In this document: positions 11,782 through 26,094 of the stretch, in pieces
Position numbering within the stretch: position 1 is the first letter of the stretch
How the letters are laid out: each line of letters starts with the position of its first letter
Assembly (NCBI RefSeq): GCF_058153355.1
Contig: NZ_CM177019.1
Length of the DNA: 64,000 bases
Direction: 5' to 3' (one strand)
Translations under genes and position numbers: made by a program
Notes under the pieces: model-generated
Told to the model about the DNA's origin: nothing
Databases searched by the model: none
What the model saw: only the letters and a program-made list of their open reading frames with translations

Positions 11782-12353
11782 TACTTAACTCCATCCTGTT
11801 CATCATGTGGGGAATAATTGACGACGTTTATACTGCCTTGTGCATTGAGTTCTGTACATAGGGCTTTAAACGCTTGCTCAATATTTGCTGCATCCGCAGA
11901 GGCGGGACTGTGGGCGGTTATCTGAATATGCAACTGTACAGCCCGTTCATTTTCAGCAGGTTGCGTGCGCGACACCAGCTCCGCAATGTTCATATGGTGC
12001 GCGTCGAAAAGTGCCGTGAAGCGTTCAATTAAATGCGGGGAGTCTGCCACATCGACCTGAACCCAGACAGATGCTGGCATTGGCGGACGCGGACGCGCCG
12101 TCGTGCGCTTCATCACGATTAAAAGATCCAGTTCGGCACCTTTCAACGGTAACGTTGATTCAATCAGAGTGATGGCATTCCATGAACCGGAAAGCAGCAT
12201 GATAAACGTGAACTCTTCTCCCAGCATTGCCAGGCGACTGTCTTCGATATTACAGCCGCAACTACTGACATGACGGGTGATGGTGTTCACAATTCCAGGG
12301 CGATCGGCACCCAACGCAGTGATCACCAGATAATGTTGCGATGACAGTGTCAA
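11781..12353 (-). CDS. gcvR: Glycine cleavage system transcriptional repressor GcvR
   Basis: TTG start at 12351-12353 with AAGGA Shine-Dalgarno; product ...TLSSQHYLVITALGADRPG (190 aa, ACT domains); stop overlaps bcp start. Confidence 0.85.
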   Translation of the reverse strand: MTLSSQHYLVITALGADRPGIVNTITRHVSSCGCNIEDSRLAMLGEEFTFIMLLSGSWNAITLIESTLPLKGAELDLLIVMKRTTARPRPPMPASVWVQVDVADSPHLIERFTALFDAHHMNIAELVSRTQPAENERAVQLHIQITAHSPASADAANIEQAFKALCTELNAQGSINVVNYSPHDEQDGVK

Positions 12354-12498
12354 ACTGGTTATTCCTTTAAGGGGTGAGTTGTTCTTAAGGAAAGCATAAA
12401 AAAAACATGCATACAACAATCAGAACGGTTCTGTCTGCTTGCTTTTAATGCCTTACCAAACGTACCATTGAGACACTTGTTTGCACAGAGGATGGCCC

Positions 12499-13377
12499 AT
12501 GTTCACGGGAAGTATTGTCGCGATTGTTACTCCGATGGATGAAAAAGGTAATGTCTGTCGGGCTAGCTTGAAAAAACTGATTGATTATCATGTCGCCAGC
12601 GGTACTTCGGCGATCGTTTCTGTTGGCACCACTGGCGAGTCCGCTACCTTAAATCATGACGAACATGCTGATGTGGTGATGATGACGCTGGAGCTGGCTG
12701 ACGGGCGCATTCCGGTAATTGCAGGGACCGGCGCTAATGCCACTACGGAAGCCATTAGCCTGACGCAGCGTTTCAATGACAGTGGTATCGTCGGCTGTCT
12801 GACGGTAACCCCTTACTATAATCGTCCGTCGCAAGAAGGTTTGTATCAGCATTTCAAAGCCATCGCTGAACATACTGACCTGCCGCAAATTCTGTATAAT
12901 GTGCCGTCCCGTACTGGTTGCGATCTGCTCCCGGAAACGGTGGGCCGTCTGGCGAAAGTAAAAAATATTATCGGAATCAAAGAGGCTACAGGGAACTTAA
13001 CGCGTGTAAACCAGATCAAAGAGCTGGTTTCAGATGATTTTGTTCTGCTGAGCGGCGATGATGCGAGCGCGCTGGACTTCATGCAATTAGGCGGTCATGG
13101 GGTTATTTCCGTTACGGCTAACGTCGCAGCGCGTGATATGGCCCAGATGTGCAAACTGGCGGCAGAAGGGCATTTTGCCGAGGCACGCGTTATTAATCAG
13201 CGTCTGATGCCATTACACAACAAACTATTTGTCGAACCCAATCCAATCCCGGTGAAATGGGCATGTAAGGAATTGGGTCTTGTGGCGACCGATACGCTGC
13301 GCCTGCCAATGACTCCAATCACCGACAGTGGTCGTGAGACGGTCAGAGCGGCGCTTAAGCATGCCGGTTTGCTGTAA
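12499..13377 (+). CDS. dapA: 4-hydroxy-tetrahydrodipicolinate synthase
   Basis: [19 protein letters not shown]..., 292 aa; recalled DapA. Confidence 0.93.
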   Translation: MFTGSIVAIVTPMDEKGNVCRASLKKLIDYHVASGTSAIVSVGTTGESATLNHDEHADVVMMTLELADGRIPVIAGTGANATTEAISLTQRFNDSGIVGCLTVTPYYNRPSQEGLYQHFKAIAEHTDLPQILYNVPSRTGCDLLPETVGRLAKVKNIIGIKEATGNLTRVNQIKELVSDDFVLLSGDDASALDFMQLGGHGVISVTANVAARDMAQMCKLAAEGHFAEARVINQRLMPLHNKLFVEPNPIPVKWACKELGLVATDTLRLPMTPITDSGRETVRAALKHAGLL

Positions 13378-13393
13378 AGTTTAGGGAGATTTG

Positions 13394-14428
13394 ATGGCTT
13401 ACTCTGTTCAAAAGTCGCGCCTGGCAAAGGTTGCGGGTGTTTCGCTTGTTTTATTACTCGCAGCCTGTAGTTCTGACTCACGCTATAAGCGCCAGGTCAG
13501 TGGTGATGAATCCTACCTGGAAGCAGCACCGCTTGCGGAGCTTCATGCCCCGGCTGGAATGATTTTGCCGGTGACCTCCGGTGATTACGCAATCCCGGTG
13601 ACCAACGGTAGTGGTGCTGTCGGTAAGGCGCTGGACATTCGTCCGCCAGCCCAGCCGCTGGCACTGGTTTCTGGCGCGCGTACCCAGTTCACGGGCGATA
13701 CCGCTTCATTGCTGGTGGAAAATGGTCGTGGCAATACTCTGTGGCCGCAGGTAGTTAGCGTGCTGCAGGCGAAAAACTACACCATCACCCAACGTGATGA
13801 TGCGGGTCAGACGCTGACCACCGATTGGGTACAATGGAACCGTCTGGACGAAGACGAGCAGTATCGTGGTCGTTATCAAATCTCTGTTAAACCGCAAGGT
13901 TATCAGCAGGCGGTTACGGTTAAACTGCTGAACCTGGAACAGGCGGGCAAACCGGTTGCAGACGCGGCTTCCATGCAGCGTTACAGCACGGAGATGATGA
14001 ACGTTATTTCCGCCGGTCTGGATAAATCTGCCACTGACGCCGCGAACGCTGCGCAAAATCGTGCCTCCACCACTATGGACGTACAAAGTGCAGCTGATGA
14101 CACCGGTTTACCGATGCTGGTCGTACGCGGGCCGTTCAATGTGGTTTGGCAACGTCTGCCAGCGGCGCTGGAAAAAGTGGGCATGAAAGTGACCGACAGC
14201 ACCCGTTCGCAGGGCAACATGGCCGTAACTTACAAGCCGCTATCTGACAGCGACTGGCAGGAACTGGGCGCGAGCGATCCAGGCCTGGCATCCGGTGACT
14301 ATAAACTGCAGGTTGGCGATTTAGATAACCGCAGCAGCCTACAGTTCATCGATCCGAAAGGTCATACTCTGACTCAGAGTCAGAACGACGCGCTGGTAGC
14401 TGTCTTCCAGGCTGCGTTTAGCAAGTAA
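13394..14428 (+). CDS. bamC: Outer-membrane assembly lipoprotein BamC (NlpB)
   Basis: [27 protein letters not shown] lipoprotein signal with lipobox; 14 bp downstream of dapA. Confidence 0.9.
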   Translation: MAYSVQKSRLAKVAGVSLVLLLAACSSDSRYKRQVSGDESYLEAAPLAELHAPAGMILPVTSGDYAIPVTNGSGAVGKALDIRPPAQPLALVSGARTQFTGDTASLLVENGRGNTLWPQVVSVLQAKNYTITQRDDAGQTLTTDWVQWNRLDEDEQYRGRYQISVKPQGYQQAVTVKLLNLEQAGKPVADAASMQRYSTEMMNVISAGLDKSATDAANAAQNRASTTMDVQSAADDTGLPMLVVRGPFNVVWQRLPAALEKVGMKVTDSTRSQGNMAVTYKPLSDSDWQELGASDPGLASGDYKLQVGDLDNRSSLQFIDPKGHTLTQSQNDALVAVFQAAFSK

Positions 14429-14435
14429 AAATACA

Positions 14436-14467
14436 GGGCTGGAGTCATCCGGCCCTTTTTTCTGATA
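14436..14467 (+). terminator. Rho-independent terminator after dapA-bamC
   Basis: GGGCTGGA-gtca-TCCGGCCC stem (one G-U pair) followed by TTTTTTTC. Confidence 0.7.
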
Positions 14468-14471
14468 TGAT

Positions 14472-14487
14472 ACGCAAACGTGTGCGT
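14472..14487 (+). promoter_or_regulatory. PurR operator (PUR box) upstream of purC
   Basis: ACGCAAACGTGTGCGT matches the PurR box consensus; located in the purC upstream region. Confidence 0.7.
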
Positions 14488-14639
14488 CGGCAGAAAAATG
14501 CGATTTTAGCGGTAATTCGCACGAAATTTGTTTGTCGGACGCAGGTCGGATAAGGCGTTCACGCCGCATTCGACAAACATCTGGCACATCAGACAGCAAA
14601 AGATTTTAAAACGTTAATTCACACCCAGGAGTGATAAAG

Positions 14640-15353
14640 ATGCAAAAGCAAGCTGAGTTGTATCGTGGTAAAGCGAAAACCGTATACAGCACGGAAAACC
14701 CGGACCTGTTGGTGCTCGAATTCCGCAATGATACGTCAGCAGGGGATGGCGCGCGCATTGAGCAGTTTGATCGCAAAGGTATGGTGAACAACAAGTTCAA
14801 CTACTTCATTATGAGCAAACTGGCTGAAGCGGGTATCCCGACTCAAATGGAGCGTCTGCTCTCCGATACCGAGTGTCTGGTGAAAAAGCTGGATATGGTG
14901 CCGGTTGAGTGTGTCGTGCGTAACCGTGCTGCTGGCTCTCTGGTGAAACGTCTTGGAATCGAAGAAGGTATTGAGCTGAACCCGCCGCTGTTCGATCTGT
15001 TCCTGAAAAACGACGCCATGCACGATCCGATGGTCAACGAATCTTACTGCGAAACCTTTGGCTGGGTAAGTAAAGAGAACCTGGCGCGTATGAAAGAGCT
15101 GACCTACAAAGCGAACGACGTGCTGAAAAAACTGTTCGATGATGCTGGTCTGATTCTGGTCGACTTCAAGCTGGAGTTTGGCCTGTACAAAGGCGAAGTG
15201 GTTCTGGGCGATGAGTTCTCCCCGGACGGCAGCCGCCTGTGGGACAAAGAAACGCTGGAGAAAATGGATAAAGACCGTTTCCGCCAGAGCCTCGGTGGCC
15301 TGATCGAAGCCTATGAAGCCGTTGCCCGCCGCCTGGGTGTACAGCTGGACTGA
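14640..15353 (+). CDS. purC: Phosphoribosylaminoimidazole-succinocarboxamide synthase (SAICAR synthetase)
   Basis: [28 protein letters not shown]..., 237 aa; recalled PurC. Confidence 0.93.
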
Positions 15354-15369
15354 TTTTTCTATTCATCAT

Positions 15370-15394
15370 CTTGCCGTGCTGCTGGCACGGCAAG
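15370..15394 (+). terminator. Perfect 10-bp hairpin downstream of purC (possible terminator)
   Basis: CTTGCCGTGC-tgctg-GCACGGCAAG; no clear T-tract follows, so function uncertain. Confidence 0.4.
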
Positions 15395-15520
15395 ACAACC
15401 GCTCTCATAAGATGTGCATTGAACGCTCATTCCTCCGCCATTTCATCCCGCTTTCCTGTGGTAATCTTCCTCTGAACCACCTACGATCATTTCTATAATG
15501 AATATATTGTTGAGGTATCT

Positions 15521-16384
15521 ATGCGTTGGCAAGGGCGACGTGAAAGTGACAATGTTGAAGACAGGCGCAATAGCTCCGGTGGTCCGTCAATGGGCGGTCC
15601 CGGTTTCCGTCTGCCAAGCGGTAAAGGCGGGCTGATTTTACTGATAGTCGTGCTGGTTGCAGGCTACTATGGCGTTGATTTAACCGGATTGATGACCGGA
15701 CAGCCGGTTTCCCAACAACAATCAACGCGGTCAATTAGCCCTAATGAAGACGAAGCCGCAAAATTCACCTCGGTGATTCTGGCAACCACCGAAGACACCT
15801 GGGGACAGCAGTTCGAGAAGATGGGTAAGACCTATCAGCAACCGAAGCTGGTCATGTACCGTGGAATGACGCGCACCGGCTGCGGGGCGGGCCAGTCCAT
15901 TATGGGACCGTTCTATTGCCCGGCGGATGGCACGGTTTATATCGATCTCTCCTTCTATGATGACATGAAAGACAAACTTGGCGCGGATGGCGATTTTGCC
16001 CAGGGGTACGTTATCGCCCATGAAGTCGGTCATCATGTGCAGAAACTGTTAGGCATCGAGCCGAAAGTTCGTCAACTGCAACAAAACGCGACGCAGGCGG
16101 AAGTAAACCGCTTATCTGTGCGTATGGAACTCCAGGCCGACTGTTTTGCCGGTGTCTGGGGGCATAGCATGCAGCAGCAAGGCGTTCTGGAAACCGGCGA
16201 TCTGGAAGAAGCGCTGAACGCGGCGCAGGCCATCGGCGATGACCGTTTACAGCAGCAAAGTCAGGGGCGAGTCGTACCAGACAGTTTCACTCATGGCACT
16301 TCTCAGCAACGCTACAGCTGGTTTAAACGTGGTTTCGACAGCGGCGATCCGGCACAATGCAATACTTTTGGTAAAAGCATTTAA
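15521..16384 (+). CDS. ypfJ: Putative neutral zinc metallopeptidase YpfJ
   Basis: 287-aa ORF with N-terminal TM segment and HEVGHH zinc motif. Confidence 0.88.
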
Positions 16385-16398
16385 CTTTCGGGGCAGGG

Positions 16399-18414
16399 AT
16401 GGCTGAACTGACTGCGCTTCACCCATTAACAGCGCAAATGAAACGTGAAGGGATCCGCCGCTTGCTGGTGTTGAGCGGGGAAGAACGTTGGTGCTTTAAC
16501 CTTGCGCTTAAGTTGAGTGATGCCTTACCTGGCGACTGGTTGTGGGTTTCGCCGCAGCCAGTCGCTGAAAACTACTGTACTCCCTCGACGCTACAAACTT
16601 TACTTGGACGCGAGTTCCGGCATGCGGTATTCGACGCCCGCCAGGGCTTTGATGCCGCTGCCTTTGCGGCACTTAGCGGAACGTTGAAAGCGGGAAGCTG
16701 GCTGGTGTTGTTACTCCCTGTATGGGAAGAGTGGGAGAACCAACCTGATGCCGACTCGCTGCGCTGGAGTGATTGCCCTGACCCTATTGCGACGCCGCAT
16801 TTTATCCGGCACCTCAAACGCGTACTTACGGCGGATCACGACGCTATCCTCTGGCGGCAAAACCAGCCGTTCACGTTGACGCATTTTATTCCCCGTACTG
16901 ACTGGCAACCCGCGACTGGCGCACCACAACCAGAACAACAGCAACTCTTACAGCAGCTACTCACCATGCCGCCGGGCGTGTCAGCGGTAACTGCTGCGCG
17001 TGGGCGCGGTAAGTCGGCGCTGGCAGGGCAACTCATTTCTCGTATTGCGGGTAGTGCGATTGTCACCGCGCCTGCAAAAGCGGCAACGGATGTACTGGCA
17101 CAATTTGCGGGCGAAAAGTTTCGCTTTATTGCGCCGGATGCGTTGTTAGCCAGCAATGAGCAAGCCGACTGGCTGGTGGTTGACGAAGCCGCGGCCATAC
17201 CTGCGCCGTTGTTGCATCAACTGGTATCGCGTTTTCCTCGAACGTTGTTAACCACTACGGTGCAGGGCTACGAAGGTACCGGACGTGGTTTTTTGCTGAA
17301 ATTTTGTGCGCGTTTCCCGCATTTACACCGTTTCGAATTGCAACAGCCGATCCGCTGGGCGCAGGGATGCCCGCTGGAAAAAGTGGTCAGCGAGGCACTG
17401 GTTTTTGACGATGAAAACTTCACTCACGAACCACAAGGTGACATCGTCATTTCCGCTTTTGAACAGACCTTATGGCGAAGCGATCCGGATACACCGTTAA
17501 AGGTATATCAGCTATTGTCTGGCGCGCACTACCGGACCTCGCCGCTGGATTTACGCCGCATGATGGATGTACCTGGGCAACATTTTTTCCAGGCGGCTTG
17601 TGAAAACGAGATCGCCGGGGCGCTGTGGCTGGTCGAGGAGGGCGGATTATCTCAAGAACTCAGCCAGGCGGTATGGGCAGGTTTTCGTCGCCCGCGGGGT
17701 AATCTGGTAGCCCAGTCGCTGGCGGCGCACGGCAGCAATCCACTGGCAGCGACATTGCGCGGACGGCGGGTCAGCAGGATAGCAGTTCATCCAGCTCGTC
17801 AGCGTGAAGGCATTGGGCAACAGCTTATTGCCCGTGCTTTAAACTATACGCATGACCTCGACTATCTTTCGGTGAGTTTTGGCTACACCGCGGAGTTATG
17901 GCGTTTCTGGCAACGCTGCGGTTTTGTGCTGGTGCGAATGGGTAATCATCGTGAAGCCAGCAGCGGTTGCTATACGGCGATGGCACTGTTACCGATGAGT
18001 GATGAGGGTAAACAGCTGGCTGAACGTGAGCATTACCGTTTACGTCGCGATGTGCATGCTCTCACGCAGTGGAATGGCGAAACGCTCCCCGTCGATCCAC
18101 GAAATGATGCCGTCCTTTCTGAGGACGACTGGCTTGAACTGGCCGGTTTTGCTTTCGCTCATCGTCCGCTATTAACGTCGTTAGGTTGCTTAACGCGTCT
18201 GCTACAAACCAGTGAACTGGCATTACCGGCGCTGCGTGGTCGTTTACAGAAAAACGCCAGTGACGCGCAGTTATGTACCACACTTAAACTTTCAGGCCGC
18301 AAGATGTTACTGGCCCGTCAGCGAGAAGAGGCCGCGCAGGCGCTGTTCGCACTTGATAATGTTCGCACTGAGCGTCTGCGCGATCGCATAACGCAATGGC
18401 AATTTTTTCACTGA
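16399..18414 (+). CDS. tmcA: tRNA(Met) cytidine acetyltransferase TmcA
   Basis: 671-aa ORF with helicase-like ATPase region and C-terminal GNAT domain. Confidence 0.88.
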   Translation: MAELTALHPLTAQMKREGIRRLLVLSGEERWCFNLALKLSDALPGDWLWVSPQPVAENYCTPSTLQTLLGREFRHAVFDARQGFDAAAFAALSGTLKAGSWLVLLLPVWEEWENQPDADSLRWSDCPDPIATPHFIRHLKRVLTADHDAILWRQNQPFTLTHFIPRTDWQPATGAPQPEQQQLLQQLLTMPPGVSAVTAARGRGKSALAGQLISRIAGSAIVTAPAKAATDVLAQFAGEKFRFIAPDALLASNEQADWLVVDEAAAIPAPLLHQLVSRFPRTLLTTTVQGYEGTGRGFLLKFCARFPHLHRFELQQPIRWAQGCPLEKVVSEALVFDDENFTHEPQGDIVISAFEQTLWRSDPDTPLKVYQLLSGAHYRTSPLDLRRMMDVPGQHFFQAACENEIAGALWLVEEGGLSQELSQAVWAGFRRPRGNLVAQSLAAHGSNPLAATLRGRRVSRIAVHPARQREGIGQQLIARALNYTHDLDYLSVSFGYTAELWRFWQRCGFVLVRMGNHREASSGCYTAMALLPMSDEGKQLAEREHYRLRRDVHALTQWNGETLPVDPRNDAVLSEDDWLELAGFAFAHRPLLTSLGCLTRLLQTSELALPALRGRLQKNASDAQLCTTLKLSGRKMLLARQREEAAQALFALDNVRTERLRDRITQWQFFH

Positions 18415-18487
18415 CTCCTTCAATTTTCTCCCATGGTCATTGTGAGTCAGCGGCGTAAAATTAATGACATCAGTTAAGGAGTTCGCC

Positions 18488-19189
18488 ATGAAACATGACC
18501 ATTTTGTTGTTCAAAGCCCGGATAAACCTGCACAACAGTTGTTACTGCTTTTCCACGGTGTCGGGGATAACCCGGTAGCGATGGGTGAGATCGGCAGCTG
18601 GTTTGCGCCGCTGTTTCCTGATGCACTGGTGGTGAGCGTCGGTGGCGCGGAGCCGAGCGGTAATCCGGCGGGGCGTCAGTGGTTTTCGGTGCAGGGTATT
18701 ACGGAAGATAATCGCTAGGCGCGTGTGGATGCCATCATGCCGACGTTTATTGAGACGGTGCGCTACTGGCAGAAACAGAGCGGAGTAGGGGCAAACGCCA
18801 CGGCGCTAATCGGTTTCTCACAAGGCGCGATTATGGCGCTGGAGAGCATTAAAGCCGAACCGGGTCTTGCTTCGCGCGTCATTGCCTTTAACGGACGTTA
18901 TGCCAGCTTGCCGGAAACCGCGTCTACAGCCACGACAATTCACTTGATTCATGGCGGTGAAGATCCGGTTATCGATCTGGCGCATGCGGTTGCGGCGCAG
19001 GAAGCGTTAATCAGTGCAGGTGGTGATGTGACGCTGGATATTGTGGAGGATTTAGGCCATGCAATCGACAATCGCAGTATGCAATTTGCCCTGGATCACT
19101 TGCGTTATACCATTCCGAAACATTATTTCGACGAAGCGCTAAGTGGTGGCAAACCTGGCGATGATGATGTAATTGAAATGATGCAATAA
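18488..19189 (+). pseudogene. ypfH: Esterase YpfH interrupted by an in-frame amber codon (TAG at 18716-18718)
   Basis: Two same-frame ORFs (18464-18718 and 18725-19189) separated only by TAG; combined read-through gives ...GITEDNR*ARVDAIMPT..., about 233 codons, the size recalled for YpfH. Confidence 0.75.
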
Positions 19190-19256
19190 TAGCCTGGTAG
19201 ATACTGTTATGGCCTGCAAGTTTTTTTCTACCCCGGTTTCCCAGATTGCAGGCATG

Positions 19257-20560
<1,304 letters not shown>

Positions 20561-20563
20561 AGC

Positions 20564-20764
20564 TTACTTCTTCGGTTGATCCTTTTTCGGCCAGTCATCG
20601 TCATCGTCCCACTTATCGTTGAAATCACGATGCGGGGGAAGCTCCGGTTTGTTGGCGAGAAATTTCTTATGGTCGACGCGCTTGAGATCTTTAATCACGT
20701 TCAGCAGGACGCCTACCAAAAAGACAATCACCAGAATCCACCAATATTTAGCCAGCCAGTCCAT
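20564..20764 (-). CDS. ypfN: Small inner-membrane protein YpfN (UPF0370)
   Basis: [35 protein letters not shown]...; 66 aa from the internal ATG. Confidence 0.8.
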
Positions 20765-20791
20765 GCTTATTTCCTCTTGCAGAACCACTCA

Positions 20792-21919
20792 TCAGGCGAC
20801 GAGCTGTTCCATGATACGTTGATACATACGGGCAAGTAGCTGCAGGTCGGCAGCGTTCACACATTCATTAATTTTATGAATAGTGGCATTGACCGGCCCG
20901 AGTTCCACCACCTGCGCCCCCATGCGGGCAATAAAGCGCCCGTCAGACGTTCCGCCTGTGGTCAGTAGCTGCGGTTTAATTTCATTATAGTGCTCAACCG
21001 CGTTAACGACCGCATCCACCAGTTTGCCGCGCGCGGTCAAAAATGGCTGCCCGGAAAGCCACCAATCCACCGTATAACGCAGTTGATGTTTTTCAAGCAG
21101 GGCAAGCACCTGCGCTTTGATCATCTCATCCGTCAGTTCGGTGCTAAAGCGGAAGTTAAACTGCACAAACAGTTCACCCGGAATAACGTTGTTACTGCCC
21201 GTTCCCGCCTGAATATTGGCAATCTGCATACTGGTCGCCGGGAAGAATTCATTACCCTGATCCCACTCAATAGCCACTAATTCATTAAGGAAAGGTGCTG
21301 CGCGATGTACCGGGTTGTCAGCCAGATGCGGGTAGGCTACATGCCCCTGCACGCCATGAATGGTGAGGTTGCAGGTTAACGATCCGCGACGACCATTTTT
21401 CACCACGTCACCAACCACTTCGATGCTCGATGGTTCGCCGACCAGGCAGTAATCGAGACGCTCATTACGCGCCATTAACGCTTCGACGACTTTTACCGTA
21501 CCGTTGTGGGCACTGGCTTCTTCATCAGAAGTGATCAGAAATGCCAGTCGGCCTGTATGGTTGGGATGTTGCGCGACAAAACGTTCTGCTGCTACCACCA
21601 TCGCCGCCAGTGAGCCTTTCATATCTGCCGCACCACGCCCGAACAACATGCCGTCACGAATGGTTGGTTCAAACGGCGGATTAATCCAACGGTCGGCGTC
21701 GCCAGGCGGTACCACGTCGGTATGTCCGGCAAAGGCTAACGTTTCGCCCTGCCCACGCCACGCCCAAAAGTTTTGCGTATCGGCAAAGTCCATGCGTTCA
21801 ACGGTAAAACCGATCGCCTGCAGACGTTCGATCATGATTGCCTGACATCCCGCATCATCAGGGCTTAAGGATGGGCGGCGAATAAGCTGCTGGGTCAGCT
21901 CAATAACCGGGCACGACAT
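20792..21919 (-). CDS. dapE: Succinyl-diaminopimelate desuccinylase
   Basis: 375-aa M20-family peptidase [29 protein letters not shown]... Confidence 0.93.
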   Translation of the reverse strand: MSCPVIELTQQLIRRPSLSPDDAGCQAIMIERLQAIGFTVERMDFADTQNFWAWRGQGETLAFAGHTDVVPPGDADRWINPPFEPTIRDGMLFGRGAADMKGSLAAMVVAAERFVAQHPNHTGRLAFLITSDEEASAHNGTVKVVEALMARNERLDYCLVGEPSSIEVVGDVVKNGRRGSLTCNLTIHGVQGHVAYPHLADNPVHRAAPFLNELVAIEWDQGNEFFPATSMQIANIQAGTGSNNVIPGELFVQFNFRFSTELTDEMIKAQVLALLEKHQLRYTVDWWLSGQPFLTARGKLVDAVVNAVEHYNEIKPQLLTTGGTSDGRFIARMGAQVVELGPVNATIHKINECVNAADLQLLARMYQRIMEQLVA

Positions 21920-21922
21920 AGA

Positions 21923-22297
<375 letters not shown>

Positions 22298-22659
22298 TTA
22301 TGAGAATAAATACTCATTTAAGGGTGAAAACATTTTGCCTGCAAATGATTATCAAGAAATATAACATTATCGAAGTATTCAAATTAACAACTATTAAATA
22401 ATATTAAACATTTTTAACGTAAACATTAAGAATATTCATCTTGTTATCTGTCTGTATTTTAACCAGAATTAAATAAGTATTAGATGCCGTATGAATATCT
22501 CGAAATGTTGCTGTGTATCACATACAAATCATCACCGCAGGACCATAGTATTTACATAAGGTTTGTCCCCCGGAGGTAGTCATCGCAGCAATCGAGTAAA
22601 TTAGCTTCACCACGGTATATTGTTTCCGTAGAATACCCATAATTATAAGAGAGGTTGTT

Positions 22660-22719
22660 ATGATTGAACGTGAACTGGGGAACTGGAAAGACTTTATCGA
22701 AGTTATGCTTCGTAAGTAA
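22660..22719 (+). CDS. ypfM: 19-aa micro-protein YpfM
   Basis: ATG-initiated MIERELGNWKDFIEVMLRK with GAGAGG Shine-Dalgarno; recalled as the annotated K-12 small protein. Confidence 0.6.
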   Translation: MIERELGNWKDFIEVMLRK

Positions 22720-22780
22720 TTCCTGAGACAAAGTACAAACAGAAAGTACCTGCTGAACAGGTTCTTTATCGGAAAGTTGA

Positions 22781-22812
22781 AAAAGGCGACACATTGGTAT
22801 GTCGCCTTTTTA
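22781..22812. terminator. Bidirectional rho-independent terminator between ypfM and acrD
   Basis: AAAA-GGCGACA-cattggta-TGTCGCC-TTTTT: A-tract and T-tract flank the hairpin. Confidence 0.75.
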
Positions 22813-22817
22813 ATTGC

Positions 22818-25800
22818 TTATTCCGGGCGTGGCTTCAGCGGAAAGCGGCGGCGCACCAGCACAAAGAACAGCGGCACGAAGTAAATAGCCAGAATCGTGG
22901 CCGAAATCATCCCGCCCATTACGCCAGTACCCACCGCATGCTGGCCACCGGAACCGGCCCCTGTGCTGGTTGCCATTGGCAATACGTCGAAGATAAAGGC
23001 CAGAGAGGTCATCAGAATCGGACGTAAACGCTGACGGCAGGCGTGGAGCGTCGCTTCAAACAGGTCGTGACCTTTTTGGTTCATCTCGTTAGCAAATTCG
23101 ACGATCAGGATGGCGTTTTTCGCCGATAAACCAATCACCGTTAACAGGCCTACCTGAAAGTAAACGTCGTTTTCCAGCCCGCGAAGCCAGGTTGCCAGCA
23201 GCGCGCCGATAACGCCCAGCGGCACGACCAGCATTACCGAGAACGGCACCGACCAGCTTTCATACAGCGCCGCCAGACACAGGAATACCACCAGCAATGA
23301 AATGGCATACAGCGCCGGAGCCTGCGCGCCGGAGAGTCGCTCCTGATACGACATCGCCGTCCATTCCAGACCAAAGCCGCTTGGCAACTGCTTCACTAAC
23401 GATTCCATAATATCCATCGCCGTACCGGTGCTGACCCCCGGCGCGGCTTCCCCGACAATCTCTACCGCTGAATAACCGTTATAGCGTTCCAGACGCGGCG
23501 AGCCTGTTTCCCAGCGTGAGGTCGCGAAAGCAGAGAAGGGGACCATGCCACCATCTTTATTTCGTACATACCAGAGATTGATGTCATCTGGCAGCATGCG
23601 ATATGGCGCAGCGGCCTGCACATAGACTTTCTTCACGCGACCGCGATCCATAAAGTCATTCACATAGCTCGAACCCCACGCGGTTTGCAGCGTGTCGTTA
23701 ATATCGTCGATAGCAACGCCCAGCGCCTGAGCTTTACGCTGATCGATATCAATCTGCAACTGCGGACTGTCGTCGAGGCCGTTATGGCGTACACGGGTTA
23801 ACTCCGGATTTTCCGCCGCCAGAGCCAGCAACTGGTTACGTGCTGCCATCAGCGCATCGTGACCCGCACCAGCGTGGTCCTGCAACTCCATATCAAAACC
23901 CGCAGAACTGCCAAGGCCACTAATTGCTGGCGGGCTGCTGGCGATAACGCGAGCTTCTTTAATCTTATTAAATTCCTTCGTTGCACGTTCGATAATGGCA
24001 AACGAGGTGCCGGTCTTACTGTCGCGTTCGCTCCAGTCTTTCAGGCGGATAAACATTCGCGCCACGTTTTGCCCGTTACCCCCAGGGCCAGAACCAACGG
24101 TGGCAAACACCGACATGATGTTGTCTTTTTCATGGGTGAAGTAATATTTCTCGATTTGCTCAACGACTTTCAGGGTCTGTTGTTGGGTTGAACCGCTGGG
24201 CAACTGTACCGAGGTAGTAAACATGCCACGGTCTTCCAGTGGCAAGAACGACGTCGGCAAACGCAGGAACAGGAACACCATGCCGCCAAGCAGCAGGACA
24301 TAAATCACAATCCAGCGCAGGCTACGGTGGAGAATTTTTGCTACCCCTTTTTCGTAGCGTTCGGCGTTACGATTAAACATCTGGTTAAACCAGGCAAAAA
24401 AGCCTTTTTGTCCGTGATGCTCACCTTTTTTCAGCGGCTTAAGTAGCGTGGCACACAGAGCCGGAGTGAGGATCATTGCTACCAGTACTGACAGCACCAT
24501 CGCCGCAACAATGGTAATAGAAAACTGGCGATAGATAGCTCCGGTGGTGCCACCGAAGAAGGCCATTGGCACAAATACCGCCGACAGCACCATCGCAATC
24601 CCGACCAGTGCCCCCTGGATCTGCCCCATCGATTTACGTGTGGCTTCGCGAGGAGTGAGTCCTTCCTCACTCATAATACGTTCGACGTTTTCCACCACCA
24701 CGATGGCGTCATCCACCAGCAGACCGATCGCCAGCACCATCGCGAACATGGTTAAGGTGTTGACGCTGTAACCGAAGGCGTAAAGTACGGAGAAGGTTCC
24801 CATCAACACCACCGGCACGGCGATAGTTGGTATCAGCGTGGCACGGAAGTTTTGCAAGAACAGATACATAACGAGGAAAACCAGGGCGATAGCTTCCAGC
24901 AGCGTTTTCACCACGTCTTCAATGGAGGCTTTAACAAATGAGGTGGTTTCATATGCCACCTTGTATTCCAGTCCGTGTGGGAAGTACTGCGCCAGTTCGT
25001 CGAGACGATTGAGTACCAGCTCCGCTGTTGCCATTTCGTTCGCGCCGGAGGCCAGTTTTACCCCCAGCCCGGAGGCTGGCTTACCGTTGAAGCGGCTGAG
25101 ATAATCGTATTTCTCTGCCCCCATTTCCACGGTGGCGACATCGCCCAGCCTTACTTCTGAGCCGTCCTGATTCACCCGTAAGGTGATATCGCGGAACTGT
25201 TCTGGTGTTTGCAGCAGTGACTGGGCGTTAATGGTGGCGTTGAGCGCCTGCTTATCGACGGAAGGCGTACCACCAAGTTGCCCAACCGCAATCTGCGCGT
25301 TCTGTGACTCAATGGCATCAGTGACATCTTTAGCCGTCATCTGAAAACTGTTGAGTTTCGCCGGGTCCAGCCAGATACGCATTGAATATTGCGAACCATA
25401 GGCATCGATATCCCCGACGCCATTCACGCGGCTTAATGGGTCCTGAATATTACTGGCAACGTAATCGGCAATATCCTGCTTATCCATCGAACCATCGGTA
25501 GAGACGAAGGCAATGGTAAGAATGTTGGTATCGCCGGTTTTACGCACCGTCACGCCCTGATTTTGCACCGCCTGCGGCAACTTTCGCATGGCTGATTGCA
25601 GCTGGTTTTGTACTTGCTGCACTGCTTCGTCCGGATCGGTGCCCGCTTTAAAACTTAAGGTGACAGATGCCTGACCGGTGCCACTGCTTTGAGACGACAT
25701 ATACATGAGATTATCGAGGCCGGTCATATTTTGCTCGATAACCTGGGTCACGGTGTTTTCCAGCGTCTGAGCCGATGCGCCGGGGTAGTTAGCGGTTACT

Positions 25801-25931
25801 CGCACGTTAGGCGGTGCAAGATCCGGGTATTGTTCAACGGGCAATGAGAAAATCGCCAGGGTTCCTGTCAGACACAACAGGATTGCCAGCACCCAAGCAA
25901 AAATGGGGCGATCAATAAAGAAATTCGCCAT
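22818..25931 (-). CDS. acrD: RND aminoglycoside/multidrug efflux pump AcrD
   Basis: 1037-aa [26 protein letters not shown]..., RND transporter. Confidence 0.92.
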   Translation of the reverse strand: MANFFIDRPIFAWVLAILLCLTGTLAIFSLPVEQYPDLAPPNVRVTANYPGASAQTLENTVTQVIEQNMTGLDNLMYMSSQSSGTGQASVTLSFKAGTDPDEAVQQVQNQLQSAMRKLPQAVQNQGVTVRKTGDTNILTIAFVSTDGSMDKQDIADYVASNIQDPLSRVNGVGDIDAYGSQYSMRIWLDPAKLNSFQMTAKDVTDAIESQNAQIAVGQLGGTPSVDKQALNATINAQSLLQTPEQFRDITLRVNQDGSEVRLGDVATVEMGAEKYDYLSRFNGKPASGLGVKLASGANEMATAELVLNRLDELAQYFPHGLEYKVAYETTSFVKASIEDVVKTLLEAIALVFLVMYLFLQNFRATLIPTIAVPVVLMGTFSVLYAFGYSVNTLTMFAMVLAIGLLVDDAIVVVENVERIMSEEGLTPREATRKSMGQIQGALVGIAMVLSAVFVPMAFFGGTTGAIYRQFSITIVAAMVLSVLVAMILTPALCATLLKPLKKGEHHGQKGFFAWFNQMFNRNAERYEKGVAKILHRSLRWIVIYVLLLGGMVFLFLRLPTSFLPLEDRGMFTTSVQLPSGSTQQQTLKVVEQIEKYYFTHEKDNIMSVFATVGSGPGGNGQNVARMFIRLKDWSERDSKTGTSFAIIERATKEFNKIKEARVIASSPPAISGLGSSAGFDMELQDHAGAGHDALMAARNQLLALAAENPELTRVRHNGLDDSPQLQIDIDQRKAQALGVAIDDINDTLQTAWGSSYVNDFMDRGRVKKVYVQAAAPYRMLPDDINLWYVRNKDGGMVPFSAFATSRWETGSPRLERYNGYSAVEIVGEAAPGVSTGTAMDIMESLVKQLPSGFGLEWTAMSYQERLSGAQAPALYAISLLVVFLCLAALYESWSVPFSVMLVVPLGVIGALLATWLRGLENDVYFQVGLLTVIGLSAKNAILIVEFANEMNQKGHDLFEATLHACRQRLRPILMTSLAFIFDVLPMATSTGAGSGGQHAVGTGVMGGMISATILAIYFVPLFFVLVRRRFPLKPRPE

Positions 25932-26094
25932 TAAAAGAGGACCTCGTGTTTCTGCGTATTGTTGTTGGCATGCCTTGCTTCACTGTAGCGGCAAGGTACG
26001 GACCAATCGTGGAGAAAAAAAGGAGTTAATGTAAATTATCATGCCCTTTTATACTGAACCTTAAGTGCAAGTATTCTTTGGTCAGTAGGTGGCA

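Noticed and set aside
14500-14600. Possible degenerate REP unit upstream of purC (GGATAAGGCGTTCACGCCGCATTCGACAAACATC)
   Set aside because: Only partial match to REP palindromes; not confident enough to call.
18464-19189. Two separate small genes (84 aa and 154 aa) in the ypfH region
   Set aside because: Same frame, separated by one TAG; better explained as one gene with a nonsense codon.
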